Of a DNA stretch of 64,000 nucleotides, positions 9,474 through 18,557 are shown one piece after another. Made by a program: the position numbers and the translations under genes. The stretch covers positions 1,744-65,743 of the forward strand of contig JAHJML010000138.1 of NCBI GenBank assembly GCA_018821365.1. Direction: 5' to 3'. The first letter of the stretch is position 1, and every line of letters begins with the position of its first letter. This DNA is from Actinomycetota bacterium. Lineage in GTDB: Bacteria > Actinomycetota > Acidimicrobiia > Spongiisociales > UBA11373. The notes beneath the pieces are model-generated. The model was not told the DNA's origin. It did no database searches and saw only the letters and a list, made by a program, of their open reading frames with translations.

Positions 9474-9710
9474 TCAGGCCACTTCGAGCGACACGAACAA
9501 CGGCCGGATCGGCTGACGCCGGTCGATGAGCGTCCACCCCACCGGGGGGGTGAGCCGCTCGGCATGGGTCTCACACATGGCGTACTCGGCGCCGGGCGAG
9601 ACGGGTCCGGTCAGGTCGCGGAGCCAGACCGTTCGGTCGTCGTAGTTGAAGGACATGACGATCCCGGCCGGGGACCCACAGCGTGCGCATCGTTCGATCA
9701 TGGCGGACAC
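9474..9710 (-). CDS. DUF3499 domain protein
   Basis: 78 aa (MIERCARCGSPAGIVMSFNYDDRTVWL...AMCETHAERLTPPVGW) matching the conserved actinobacterial DUF3499 pattern (CxRxGC ... CxxHAerLt.P.GW). It lies next to the pmm/manA locus, as in Mycobacterium (Rv3258c). Confidence 0.7.
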   Translation of the reverse strand: MSAMIERCARCGSPAGIVMSFNYDDRTVWLRDLTGPVSPGAEYAMCETHAERLTPPVGWTLIDRRQPIRPLFVSLEVA

Positions 9711-9755
9711 TCTAGCGAGCGAGGGTTACACCGCTGTGATTCCACTGCCGTGGTT

Positions 9756-9795
9756 CTTACCCGCGCCCGGGGCGGGTAAGACGGTTTTGTCATTT
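9756..9795 (+). terminator. hairpin followed by T-rich tract (intrinsic-terminator-like) in an intergenic region
   Basis: cttacccgcgcccggggcgggtaag is an imperfect 9-12 bp GC-rich stem, followed by acggttttgtcattt on the + strand. Both flanking genes are on the - strand, so this may be an antisense or ncRNA terminator, or a bidirectional element. Confidence 0.3.
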
Positions 9796-9892
9796 GATCC
9801 CGGCGTCCGGAGCCGCTGCCGGAGGAAGCCGGCTCCGGCGGTGGTGGCCGCCCGGCACGACCGACCCGACCGGGATCAGCCGCCAGGCGGCG

Positions 9893-11224
9893 TCACTCAT
9901 CCCCCACCGGCAGGCCGGCGGCGTAGGCGATCCCGGTGGGACTGGTGATACTCCAGGCCGCCGTCACCGGGAACGGTGCATCCACCAGGTACCCGAGCCC
10001 CCCCTCGGGGACCGGGCCGAACTCCTTGACGGTCCCCGGTTCGACCGAGACCGTCTCCCCCACCAGGCCGCCTCCGGTCAGGATGCTCACGGTGACGTCG
10101 ACGGGATCCTCGAGGGTGTTGAGCAGCCACAGGGTGGCCTCTTCGAGGCCGGCGGTGCGAAGCCCCGGCAGCAACCAGGTCCGCGACCCCGCCGCCGCGC
10201 CGGTCGTGATGGCCAATCCCCCTTCGCCGCCGGCCACCACGGCCGCCGTCACCGGCCCGGTCGCCGTGACCCTCGCCCCATATGTGGCGCCGGCCAATCC
10301 GGAGAGGGGGATGCGGACCGGCGTGTCGCGATCGAGATCCAGCACCACCGCGCCGGGAACCGGACCATCCGGTGTGAACAGATCGACGGTCACGCTCACC
10401 GTGGCGGCTCCCGGGTTGCTGACGACCAGAGAGCCCTCCATCCCGGGCACACCGACCACCGGGAACTCCCACACCTCGGCGAGCCCCGAACCCGGCCACC
10501 AAGCGTCATCGCCCTCCGTCCGCAGGGCCATGGCAGGCGCCACATACCCCTCGTCGACGGTCACGCTGATGACGAGGTCCTGACGGGAGTTGAGCTCCTG
10601 AGAGAGGTCGATGTCCCGCCACGAGTTGGCGTTGATCGACCAGGAGCGGAAGTCACCGAGCGCCTCGACCCCGATCTCGGAGACTCCGCCCACCGTGACC
10701 TTGGCGGTCTCCGGATAAGGGTTGAAGATCCGCAGCGTCAACTCCTCGCCGGGCATCGTCGAGCCGCCTGCGAAGTACCAGACGTCGGGACCCTGCGACA
10801 CGCAGGCGTCTGCCGCCAGCATCTCCCCGCCGACGATGACGGATGCCGCCGACGGGCCGTTGTCGAACTCGATGAGGAAGGGCGAATCGCCGCGCTGGGC
10901 GATGTCGCTCAACTGGAGTTCGGAGGCGCCCGGCCCCACCGTCTCCAGAGTGGCGGTGTCGGGGTCGGTGCCCGGGATCGCCACCGGGAACGTGAAGGTG
11001 GCCGTGGCCGGCTCCATGGATGCGATCGAGAGCAGCGAGTCGCGGGGAGCGTTCGATTGCGCCCAGGCGCAGTACCAGAGGCCGGCATCGGTCGGCGAGG
11101 TCAGACCGGGCTTCTCGATGATGAGGCCGGCCAACGGCTCCGGGGGAGCGGCGGGCCGGGACACCAGGAAACCCGCCGCCACCAGGCCGGCCATCACGAG
11201 GAGAACTGCCATGCGTTTGATCAT
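9893..11224 (-). CDS. DUF5719-like secreted/membrane-anchored protein
   Basis: Start at MIKRMAVLLVMAGLVAAGFLV (N-terminal signal/anchor), whose ATG overlaps the stop of the upstream GT2-membrane gene (ATGA). It is Gly/Thr/Val-rich with beta-rich repeats. It lies immediately downstream of a GT2-membrane fusion, as in Mycobacterium and Streptomyces cell-envelope loci. Confidence 0.65.
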   Translation of the reverse strand: MIKRMAVLLVMAGLVAAGFLVSRPAAPPEPLAGLIIEKPGLTSPTDAGLWYCAWAQSNAPRDSLLSIASMEPATATFTFPVAIPGTDPDTATLETVGPGASELQLSDIAQRGDSPFLIEFDNGPSAASVIVGGEMLAADACVSQGPDVWYFAGGSTMPGEELTLRIFNPYPETAKVTVGGVSEIGVEALGDFRSWSINANSWRDIDLSQELNSRQDLVISVTVDEGYVAPAMALRTEGDDAWWPGSGLAEVWEFPVVGVPGMEGSLVVSNPGAATVSVTVDLFTPDGPVPGAVVLDLDRDTPVRIPLSGLAGATYGARVTATGPVTAAVVAGGEGGLAITTGAAAGSRTWLLPGLRTAGLEEATLWLLNTLEDPVDVTVSILTGGGLVGETVSVEPGTVKEFGPVPEGGLGYLVDAPFPVTAAWSITSPTGIAYAAGLPVGDE

Positions 11225-14016
11225 GAGCGCCGCAACCTCCCGATCCCGGCGATCGTCACCAGCACCAGGAACCAGACACCAGCCCCGATCGCCATGAGGC
11301 GCCGGGTCTGGTTGGAGGCGAAGACCACCCGGTCGCCGCCGACGGCCACCTGCACCCGGTTGGCCCAGTCGTCCTGCTGCCACTCACCCGGCCCCCAGCG
11401 GTAGTCGGCGTTCTGGGCGACCCTGACGGCGACACCTCCCGGGCCATCCGTGGACACGAACCCGGTGCCCACCCTCCGCCACGGGACCTCGTCGGCGCCC
11501 GACGCGATGGCGGCAAGCGCCTCGTTCCTGTAGACCGGGAGGTCGAAGCTGCGCAGGGCGATCATGTCCAGTTGGGACTCGAACAACAGCTGGAACTGGC
11601 TCTCCTCGGCGAAGGCCACCCATCCGATCCCGAACTCGGTCAACTCGGCGCCCGCCCGACGCAGTTCGCCGTCGAGCATGGTCTCCAGGAAGGCGTGGAG
11701 GGCATCGTCGCCGAGGCGGGGCTCGGCCAGGTAGGCATCCCAGTTGCGGGGGTAGGGGGCGTCGATGATCCGGTAGCCGAGCCCCTCGAAATCACGCGAC
11801 TCCCCCGGCAGGGTGTCGGCGGGACCGAAGATGAGGATCCGGCTCGGCACTCCCCCGGATGCCTCGGCGAACCCGAACACGGTGCCGAACTCGTCGGTAG
11901 GCAGCCCGGCCCGGCCCGGAGCGGCCACCAGCGCGGTGGCGGCGACCAGGCCGGCCGCCGCAAACACGGCGAGCATCCCGATCCCGTAGCGCAGACCCGA
12001 GGCATCCTTGCGGCGGGACCCGAAACCGGTGGCGGCACCCACCACCCCGGCCGATCCCAATGCCACCACCATCAGAGCGGCCGCTTCCACCTCACGCCCC
12101 AAACCGAAGTCACCCGAGCGCGCCAGCAGCCACCCGAGCGCCACCATCGTCCCGCCCCAGGCGGAGACCGCCGAGACCGTCTTGTCGCCGGCGATGAGGG
12201 CACCGACCGCCGCCACGCCGATCGTCCCCAGCACGAGCCAGCCGGGGCTCGGATCCCAGAAGGCGGGCGCCCCCGCCGTGAAGAACGCCCCGAGATCGGC
12301 GTAGAGCACCCAGGGCATCAGCAGGGGGACCGCCAGCACCGCACCCGCCACCACCCGGAGAGCGGCGGCCCGGCGGGGGCCCTTCCCGGTGGCGGCCCAC
12401 ACCAGCGCAGCCAGCGGAGCCACCACCAGGGCCGCCGGGGCGAACACCCCCACGATGCCGGAGAACACGGTGACGGCGGCGATCCGGCCGACCTTTCCGG
12501 GCCAGCCGTTCTTGACCTCGCGGAGGGCGGCGACCAGCACCCACGGCAGCACACCGAGGGCCACCAGCGGCGCCCACTGCCCACCACCGGCCAGGCCGGC
12601 GACGGCCGGGCCGCCCATCATCACGATGCCAGCCAGGTAGCCGGGGATCTGCGGCATTCCCCAGCGGCGCATCAGGCGGGCAGCACCGATGACTCCGGAC
12701 ATGAAGGCGCCCAGCGTCAGCAATCCCGTCGCCAGACCGCTCCTGCCCAACAACATCAGTTGGACCACCGCGGTGCCGGCCACGCTGGGATGGAGCACCT
12801 CGGGAGACCCGAGCCCCGCCGGGTTCCACCCGCCGGCGTACGCCCCGAGGGCGGCCGTGGCCGACTCGGGCGGCGGGAGCGAGAACCCCACCACCGGGAG
12901 CGCCCCCGCCCAGATGGAGCGGGTGGCCGCGATCGCAAAGAGCAAGGAAACGAACCCGACCACGAAGGTCGGCTTGCGAAGTGCCTGCTGCCCGGCGTCC
13001 AGCACGTCGGTGAAACCCGAGAGCAGCCCGTCGGGGAACCGGGCCCTGAGGCGGTCGAGCGTCTCGTCCCACAGCAATCGGAGGCGGGCCGATCCCCCGG
13101 TTTGATAGCGGAACAACTCCTCGTCGCCGACCTGGCGCCCCTTCCGTGCCTCCAACCGAGCGCGGATCGCCGAGGGGAGATGGAACAGGTTCCATCCCCA
13201 GGCGGCCAGGAACCCGAACAGCTTCCAGCGGCCCAGGAAGGGGCTGATGATGCTCTCGGCGAGGCCGGTCAGGAAGGCGAGGGGGATCGCCCACAGCAGG
13301 GTGATCAAGCTGTACACCTTGATCATCGCCCGGATCTCGCCCGCCCGCTCCAGCCAATCGGGGATCGGCCCGGCCGACACGTACAGCACCTCCGAGGAGG
13401 GAGCCACCGTCACTCGCCCACCGCGCAGCCTGGCCCGCTGGCACAGGTCGATGGCAGCGGCTCCGGGGGCCATCCTCCGATCGACGCCGCGCAACCCGAC
13501 GAACAGGTCGCGGCGGACCAGCATCGAGGCCGCCGAGACGGCGGCGACATCACGCACCACGTCGTACTGGGATTGGTCGATCTCACCGACCTGCAAGCCG
13601 CTGTAGGGGGCATCGAACACGTCGGTGGCGGTGCCGACCGCCACCAGCACCCGGGGATCGGCGGCATCGAGGATCTTGGAGCCGACCACCGAGGCGTCGA
13701 CCCGGGCGCCGTCCCGAATCAGGGCGCCCAGGGCGTCGCGGCGAGGAAGCGCCCGATCCAGCAGCAACCACACGAAGGTGATCTCGGTTCCCAGCGACTC
13801 CATCACCGCTCGCAGACTGGCCCGCCACCCGGCCTCGGCCTTGCCTGCCACCGAGCGGATCTCATCGCCGCCCCCGACGACCAGCACCTGGGTCGGGGCG
13901 TACACTTGCCGCTCGATGGCGGCCAGGCAGGCACCGGTCAGCGCGGCGTCCTCAGCGATGACGACCGCCGCGACGGCGGGCGCCACCCGAAGCGGAGAGG
14001 AAGTGTCAATGGTCAT
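11221..14016 (-). CDS. family 2 glycosyltransferase fused to a large C-terminal polytopic membrane domain
   Basis: The N-terminal ~280 aa is GT-A-like (AVVIAEDAA..., DxD-like, QYDVVRDVAAVSAASMLVRRDLF). More than 15 predicted TM helices (about 650 aa) follow. Start chosen at MTIDTSS to leave a 42 bp divergent spacer to cofD. Confidence 0.8.
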   Translation of the reverse strand: MTIDTSSPLRVAPAVAAVVIAEDAALTGACLAAIERQVYAPTQVLVVGGGDEIRSVAGKAEAGWRASLRAVMESLGTEITFVWLLLDRALPRRDALGALIRDGARVDASVVGSKILDAADPRVLVAVGTATDVFDAPYSGLQVGEIDQSQYDVVRDVAAVSAASMLVRRDLFVGLRGVDRRMAPGAAAIDLCQRARLRGGRVTVAPSSEVLYVSAGPIPDWLERAGEIRAMIKVYSLITLLWAIPLAFLTGLAESIISPFLGRWKLFGFLAAWGWNLFHLPSAIRARLEARKGRQVGDEELFRYQTGGSARLRLLWDETLDRLRARFPDGLLSGFTDVLDAGQQALRKPTFVVGFVSLLFAIAATRSIWAGALPVVGFSLPPPESATAALGAYAGGWNPAGLGSPEVLHPSVAGTAVVQLMLLGRSGLATGLLTLGAFMSGVIGAARLMRRWGMPQIPGYLAGIVMMGGPAVAGLAGGGQWAPLVALGVLPWVLVAALREVKNGWPGKVGRIAAVTVFSGIVGVFAPAALVVAPLAALVWAATGKGPRRAAALRVVAGAVLAVPLLMPWVLYADLGAFFTAGAPAFWDPSPGWLVLGTIGVAAVGALIAGDKTVSAVSAWGGTMVALGWLLARSGDFGLGREVEAAALMVVALGSAGVVGAATGFGSRRKDASGLRYGIGMLAVFAAAGLVAATALVAAPGRAGLPTDEFGTVFGFAEASGGVPSRILIFGPADTLPGESRDFEGLGYRIIDAPYPRNWDAYLAEPRLGDDALHAFLETMLDGELRRAGAELTEFGIGWVAFAEESQFQLLFESQLDMIALRSFDLPVYRNEALAAIASGADEVPWRRVGTGFVSTDGPGGVAVRVAQNADYRWGPGEWQQDDWANRVQVAVGGDRVVFASNQTRRLMAIGAGVWFLVLVTIAGIGRLRRS

Positions 14017-14058
14017 CGGCCGGCCAATTCTGCTGCTCCGTGGCGAGAGGGGCAATCC

Positions 14059-14979
14059 ATGCGCACCGTGACCCTGCTCTCAGGCGGAGTCGGCGGTGCC
14101 CGCCTGGCACGCGGCCTCGCCGCCCTGCCAGACCTGCATGATCTCACGATCCTCGTCAATGTTGGTGACGATGAGGATATATACGGCCTCCACGTCTCCC
14201 CAGACCTCGACACGGTCACCTACACGCTCGCCGGAATCGAGGGACCCTACGGGTGGGGAATCGCCGATGACACCTTCATGGTGATGGACCGCATGGCGGC
14301 TCTCGGGGTCGACACCACCTTCCGTCTCGGCGACGCCGACCTCGCCACCTGCCTGATCAGGACCTCCTCGCTGGCCGGCGGCGCCACCCTGTCGGAGGTG
14401 ACCCACCGGTTCGCCGCCGGATACGGGCTGACCCCTCGCCTGCTCCCGGTCACCGACGATCGCCTCCGCACGGTCGTCGACACCACGACCGGAGAACGGC
14501 TCTCGTTCCAGGACTACTTCGTGCTCCGCGGCCATCGCGACCAAGTGGCCGCCCTGCACTACCGGGGAGCGGCCGAGGCCGCCCCCGCCCCCGGGGTGAT
14601 GTCGGCCATCACCGGCGCCGATCTGGTCGTGATCGCACCCTCCAACCCTCCCCTCTCGATCTGGCCGATCCTGGCGGTGGCGGGCATCCGAAAGGCCGTC
14701 TCCGACGCCAGGGTGGCGGCCGTCAGTCCGCTGTTCGGAGGGCGGGCGCTCAAGGGCCCTGCCGATCGGGTGATGGCGGCCCTCGGCCTCCCACCCGGCA
14801 ACGCCGGGGTGCTGGCCGCCTACGAGGGACTGCTCGACCTGCTCGTCGTCGACCGGCAGGACGCCGATGACATCGCCCTGTCGACCCCCGAGACCAGGGT
14901 GGTGGCGGCCGACACTCGCATCGGGGATCCGGCGGCGGCGGCCCGCTTCGCCGCCTGGCTCGTCGAGGAGGCGGCATGA
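14059..14979 (+). CDS. cofD: 2-phospho-L-lactate transferase (F420 biosynthesis)
   Basis: 306 aa (MRTVTLLSGGVGGARLARGL...) with the CofD/FbiA family N-terminal GGxGxxR motif and conserved middle blocks. Only the last 307 codons of the long 11572..14979 ORF are genuine. Confidence 0.9.
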   Translation: MRTVTLLSGGVGGARLARGLAALPDLHDLTILVNVGDDEDIYGLHVSPDLDTVTYTLAGIEGPYGWGIADDTFMVMDRMAALGVDTTFRLGDADLATCLIRTSSLAGGATLSEVTHRFAAGYGLTPRLLPVTDDRLRTVVDTTTGERLSFQDYFVLRGHRDQVAALHYRGAAEAAPAPGVMSAITGADLVVIAPSNPPLSIWPILAVAGIRKAVSDARVAAVSPLFGGRALKGPADRVMAALGLPPGNAGVLAAYEGLLDLLVVDRQDADDIALSTPETRVVAADTRIGDPAAAARFAAWLVEEAA

Positions 14980-15677
14980 TCGAGATCCATCCCCTGGAGG
15001 GGATTCCCGAGATCCACCGGGGCGACGACCTGGTCGGGTTGATCGGGGAGGCGTTGGCCGGCACCGGCCTCACCCCCACCGGGGGTGACGTGCTGGTGGT
15101 GACCCACAAGATCGTCTCGAAGGCCGAGGGCGCCACCAGGGCGCTGATCGGCGACGAGGACGCCGCCTACCGGGCCCTGGTCGAGGAGGAGGCCGTCGAG
15201 ATCCTCAGGCGGAGGGGCGACCTCGTCATCGCCAAGACCCGCCACGGCTTCATCTGTGCGAACGCCGGCGTCGATCGCTCCAACACCGAACTGGGCACCG
15301 CCGTGCTGCTGCCCGCCGACCCGGATCGCTCGGCCCATGCGCTGCGAATGGGCCTCCTGCAGCACACCGGCGTCGACATGCCCGTGATCATCACCGACAC
15401 CTTCGGGAGGGCGTGGCGGGCGGGCCTCTGCGACGTGGCCATCGGCGTGTCCGGCATCGACCCGATCCTCGATCTGCGAGGCACCACCGACGACTTCGGT
15501 CGGGAACTGAAGGTCACCGAGGTGGCGGTGGCCGATGAGATCGCCGCCGCCGCCGACCTGGCCATGGGGAAGGCGACCGCCTCGCCGGTCGCCCTGGTTC
15601 GCGGCCTGGGACTCCCGCCGGGCAACGGCAGGGCCTCCGACCTGGTGCGGGAGGCGCACGGAGACCTGTTCCGCTGA
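14976..15677 (+). CDS. cofE: coenzyme F420-0:L-glutamate ligase (short, single-domain form without nitroreductase domain)
   Basis: 233 aa CofE-like. Its stop-start overlaps cofD (ATGA). Conserved ligase motifs are present (VVTHKIVSKAEG, ICANAGVD). The C-terminal FMN/nitroreductase domain of mycobacterial FbiB is absent. Confidence 0.85.
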   Translation: MIEIHPLEGIPEIHRGDDLVGLIGEALAGTGLTPTGGDVLVVTHKIVSKAEGATRALIGDEDAAYRALVEEEAVEILRRRGDLVIAKTRHGFICANAGVDRSNTELGTAVLLPADPDRSAHALRMGLLQHTGVDMPVIITDTFGRAWRAGLCDVAIGVSGIDPILDLRGTTDDFGRELKVTEVAVADEIAAAADLAMGKATASPVALVRGLGLPPGNGRASDLVREAHGDLFR

Positions 15678-16564
15678 TGCCGGAACTGCCCGATGTCGTC
15701 GTCTACCTGGAGCGGCTCGAGGCGTTGATTGGGGGGGCCACCCTGGAGCGGATCCGGATCGCCTCGCCGTGGGTGCTGCGCACCTTCGATCCCCCACCCG
15801 AGGCCTTCGCCGGCAGGCAGGTGACCGGGCTGCGGAGGATCGGCAAACGCCTGGTGCTGGAGTGCCGGGGGGACCTCTTCGTGGTGATCCATCTGATGGT
15901 GGCCGGACGGCTGCGGCGCCGCGACCCGGGGGCAGCCGTGCCCCCCAGGCGGGGCCTGGCTGCCCTCGACTTCGCCGAGCACACCTTCCTGCTCACCGAA
16001 GAGGGCACCAGGAAGCGGGCCTCCATCCACCTGCTTCGCGGCGAAGCGGCCCTCGCCGACCACGATCGGGGGGGTGTCGAGCCGCTGCTGGTCGACGCCG
16101 CCACCTTCGCCGAAGCCCTCACCTCCGAGCGTCACACCCTCAAGCGGGCGCTGACCGATCCGCGGTTGATCAGCGGCATCGGGGGCGCCTATGCCGACGA
16201 GATCATGCACCGGGCCAGGCTGGGGCCGCTGACGAGGACCGACCGGCTCGAGGCCGGCGACGTGACCCGATTGCATGAGGCTGCGGTGGCCGTGTTGACC
16301 GAGTGGATCGAACGCCTCCGGGAGGAGGCAGGCGACGGCTTCCCGGAGAAGGTCACCGCCTTCCACGCCGGGATGGCCGTTCACGGCCGCTACGGCAAGG
16401 ACTGCCCGGTGTGCGGAGCCCCGGTGCAGCGCATCCGCTACGCCTCCAACGAGACCAACTACTGCCCGGGCTGCCAAACCGGCGGCAGGATCCTGGCCGA
16501 TCGGGCGATGAGCCGCCTGCTCAAGGAGGACTGGCCCTCCAGCCTCGACGATCTCGACGGTTGA
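15677..16564 (+). CDS. formamidopyrimidine-DNA glycosylase / endonuclease VIII family (Fpg/Nei)
   Basis: Starts MPELPDV (catalytic Pro2, Glu3) and has a C-terminal zinc finger (CPVCGAPV...CPGCQ). Its start overlaps the cofE stop (TGATG). Confidence 0.85.
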   Translation: MPELPDVVVYLERLEALIGGATLERIRIASPWVLRTFDPPPEAFAGRQVTGLRRIGKRLVLECRGDLFVVIHLMVAGRLRRRDPGAAVPPRRGLAALDFAEHTFLLTEEGTRKRASIHLLRGEAALADHDRGGVEPLLVDAATFAEALTSERHTLKRALTDPRLISGIGGAYADEIMHRARLGPLTRTDRLEAGDVTRLHEAAVAVLTEWIERLREEAGDGFPEKVTAFHAGMAVHGRYGKDCPVCGAPVQRIRYASNETNYCPGCQTGGRILADRAMSRLLKEDWPSSLDDLDG

Positions 16565-16578
16565 GAGGGGCGGCCGGC

Positions 16579-17520
16579 TCAGGGCCGGCTGCGGAACCAT
16601 TCGACCGTGAGCCCCAGGCCCTCGGCGAGGGGGGTCCACGGCTCCCAGCCGAGCACCGTCCTGGCCCGGCCGGGGTCGAGCACCGACCGGGGCACATCCC
16701 CGGCCCGCGGCGCCGCGAAGTCGGGGGGCACCGGATAGCCGACCGCCGCCGCGATCTGCTCGTACAACTGGACCACCGAGGTCTCGACCCCGCTGGCCAC
16801 GTTGAGGAACACGCCGTTGCCGGCATCGGCGCCCCTGACGAAGGCATCGACGACGTCGGCCACATAGACGAAGTCCCGGGTCTGGGAGCCGTCCCCGTAG
16901 ATGGTGGGGCGGTTCCCGGCCAGCATCTGCTCGATGAAGACCGCCACCACGCCGCCCTCGGCACCGGCATCCTGGCGGGGCCCGTAGATGTTGCCGGGCG
17001 CCAGCAGCAGGTACTCCATGTTGTGGTTGTCGGCGTACCAGCGGAAGTAGTCCTCGACGATCTTCTTGGAGATCCCGTACGGGGTCGGGGGCACCCGACT
17101 CGCCCGCTCCTTGGCAGGCAGCGGGGTGCGAGGCCCGTAGACGGCGCCGCCCGACGATGCGAACACCACCTTGCGGGCGCCCGACCGGCGCGCCGACTCC
17201 AGCACGTTGAGCGTCCCCAGCACGTTGATCTCGGCGTCCCGGACCGGGTCGGCCACCGAGACCGGCACCTTCACCTGGGCCGCCAGGTGGAATACGACCT
17301 CGGGGCGGTAGCGCTCGGCGACCTCGGCCAGCTCGGGGGTGCGGATGCTGGTGACGTGCACCGTGACCTTGCCCCGGTGGCGGGCCCCGGCCAGGTTCTC
17401 GAGGACCCCGCTGCTGAGATCGTCGACGACCAGGACCTCCCACCTGCGGTCGACCAGGAGGTCGACCAGATGGCTGCCGACGAAGCCGGCCCCTCCGGTG
17501 ACCAGTGCCCGGCGGATCAT
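16579..17520 (-). CDS. NAD-dependent epimerase/dehydratase (GalE-like SDR; nucleotide-sugar epimerase)
   Basis: 313 aa with the GGAGFVGSHL Rossmann motif and the catalytic YGISK (YxxxK). Confidence 0.85.
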   Translation of the reverse strand: MIRRALVTGGAGFVGSHLVDLLVDRRWEVLVVDDLSSGVLENLAGARHRGKVTVHVTSIRTPELAEVAERYRPEVVFHLAAQVKVPVSVADPVRDAEINVLGTLNVLESARRSGARKVVFASSGGAVYGPRTPLPAKERASRVPPTPYGISKKIVEDYFRWYADNHNMEYLLLAPGNIYGPRQDAGAEGGVVAVFIEQMLAGNRPTIYGDGSQTRDFVYVADVVDAFVRGADAGNGVFLNVASGVETSVVQLYEQIAAAVGYPVPPDFAAPRAGDVPRSVLDPGRARTVLGWEPWTPLAEGLGLTVEWFRSRP

Positions 17521-18557
17521 CTCGGAGGCCTGAACGTCACAGATCCGGGCGGCAGCACCGCGTCGGGAGCCACCCGCATCCCGGAGTCGATCTCACACCC
17601 GGCCCCGATCGTGGCGCCGGGGCCCACCAACGAAGCCCCGGCGATCAGAGCCCCCGCCCCGATCCTGGCCCCGGGCCCCACCACCGCGCCCCTGACGACG
17701 ACGCCGTCGGCCACCTCGGCTCCCTCCATGACCATGCCCTCCTCGATGGTCGCTCCCTCGTGGACCACGGCCCCCCCGGCCACCCAGCTCCACGAGCCCT
17801 TCCTGATCCCCCCGCTCCCCCCATGGGGGCCGGCGGGACGGTGCAGCGAGCTCTGCCCCCGCATGACGAACCCGTTGGTGTCGACCAGCAACTGCTGGGT
17901 GCCGATGTCCAGCCAGGTGCCGCTCACCAGGATCCCCCCCAGATCGCCGCGCCGGGTGAGCGTCGGGAACACCACCCTCTCGAACGAAAGCCGGCCCCGC
18001 TGGTACTCCTCCAGCACCCTCCGCTGCAGCACGTAGATGCCGGCATTGACCGTCCGGGCCGGTTCGGTCCCCGGCGGCGGCTTCTCGACGAACGCCTCGA
18101 CCATGTGGGATTCGTCGGTGACCACCACTCCGTAGGTGGAGGGATCCTCGACCTCCACGAGGGCGATCGTGCCTCCCGCCTCTTGCGGAGCCTCGCCGAT
18201 GAATGCGGCGAGGTCGGCCTCGAGCACCACGTCGCCGTTGAGGACCAGAAACCGGTCGTCCAGCCGATCGAGCGCTTCCACCAGGCCCCCGGCGGTGTCG
18301 AGCGGCTCCTCCTCGACGGCAAGGCTCAGCGCCGGGGTCCCCTCCCAGGCGTCCACATAGCCTCGCCAGGCGTCGAGGTGATCCTGACCGACGGCGAGCA
18401 GCACCTCCTCGACGCCGGCCGCCGCCACCAGACGGATCTGGTACTCGATGAACGGTATCCCGGCCACCGGCAGCAGCGCCTTGGGGGTGTGGGCGGTGAG
18501 CGGCCAGACCCTGGTCCCCCGCCCTCCCACCAGCAGCACCGCCTGCCGCAGCTTCAT
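17517..18557 (-). CDS. mannose-1-phosphate guanylyltransferase (NTP-transferase plus left-handed beta-helix)
   Basis: Start at MKLRQAVLLVGGRGTRVWPLT, the nucleotidyltransferase signature G-x-G-T-R-x-P-x-T. A C-terminal hexapeptide-repeat domain follows. ATGA overlap with the upstream dehydrogenase gene. Comparable to Mtb Rv3264c. Confidence 0.8.
   Translation of the reverse strand: MKLRQAVLLVGGRGTRVWPLTAHTPKALLPVAGIPFIEYQIRLVAAAGVEEVLLAVGQDHLDAWRGYVDAWEGTPALSLAVEEEPLDTAGGLVEALDRLDDRFLVLNGDVVLEADLAAFIGEAPQEAGGTIALVEVEDPSTYGVVVTDESHMVEAFVEKPPPGTEPARTVNAGIYVLQRRVLEEYQRGRLSFERVVFPTLTRRGDLGGILVSGTWLDIGTQQLLVDTNGFVMRGQSSLHRPAGPHGGSGGIRKGSWSWVAGGAVVHEGATIEEGMVMEGAEVADGVVVRGAVVGPGARIGAGALIAGASLVGPGATIGAGCEIDSGMRVAPDAVLPPGSVTFRPPR

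Noticed and set aside
8889-9710. Possible whiB (wblB/whiB2) gene expected from synteny with Mycobacterium/Streptomyces
   Set aside because: None of the small ORFs has the four-Cys WhiB motif (C...C-x2-C-x5-C) or the C-terminal GV/GRR turn. whiB is absent from this window.
11572-14979. 1135 aa plus-strand ORF
   Set aside because: Only the last about 307 codons (from ATG 14059) encode CofD. The upstream roughly 830 codons are Arg/Gly/Pro-rich low-complexity translation antisense to the GT2-membrane gene, typical of high-GC spurious frames.
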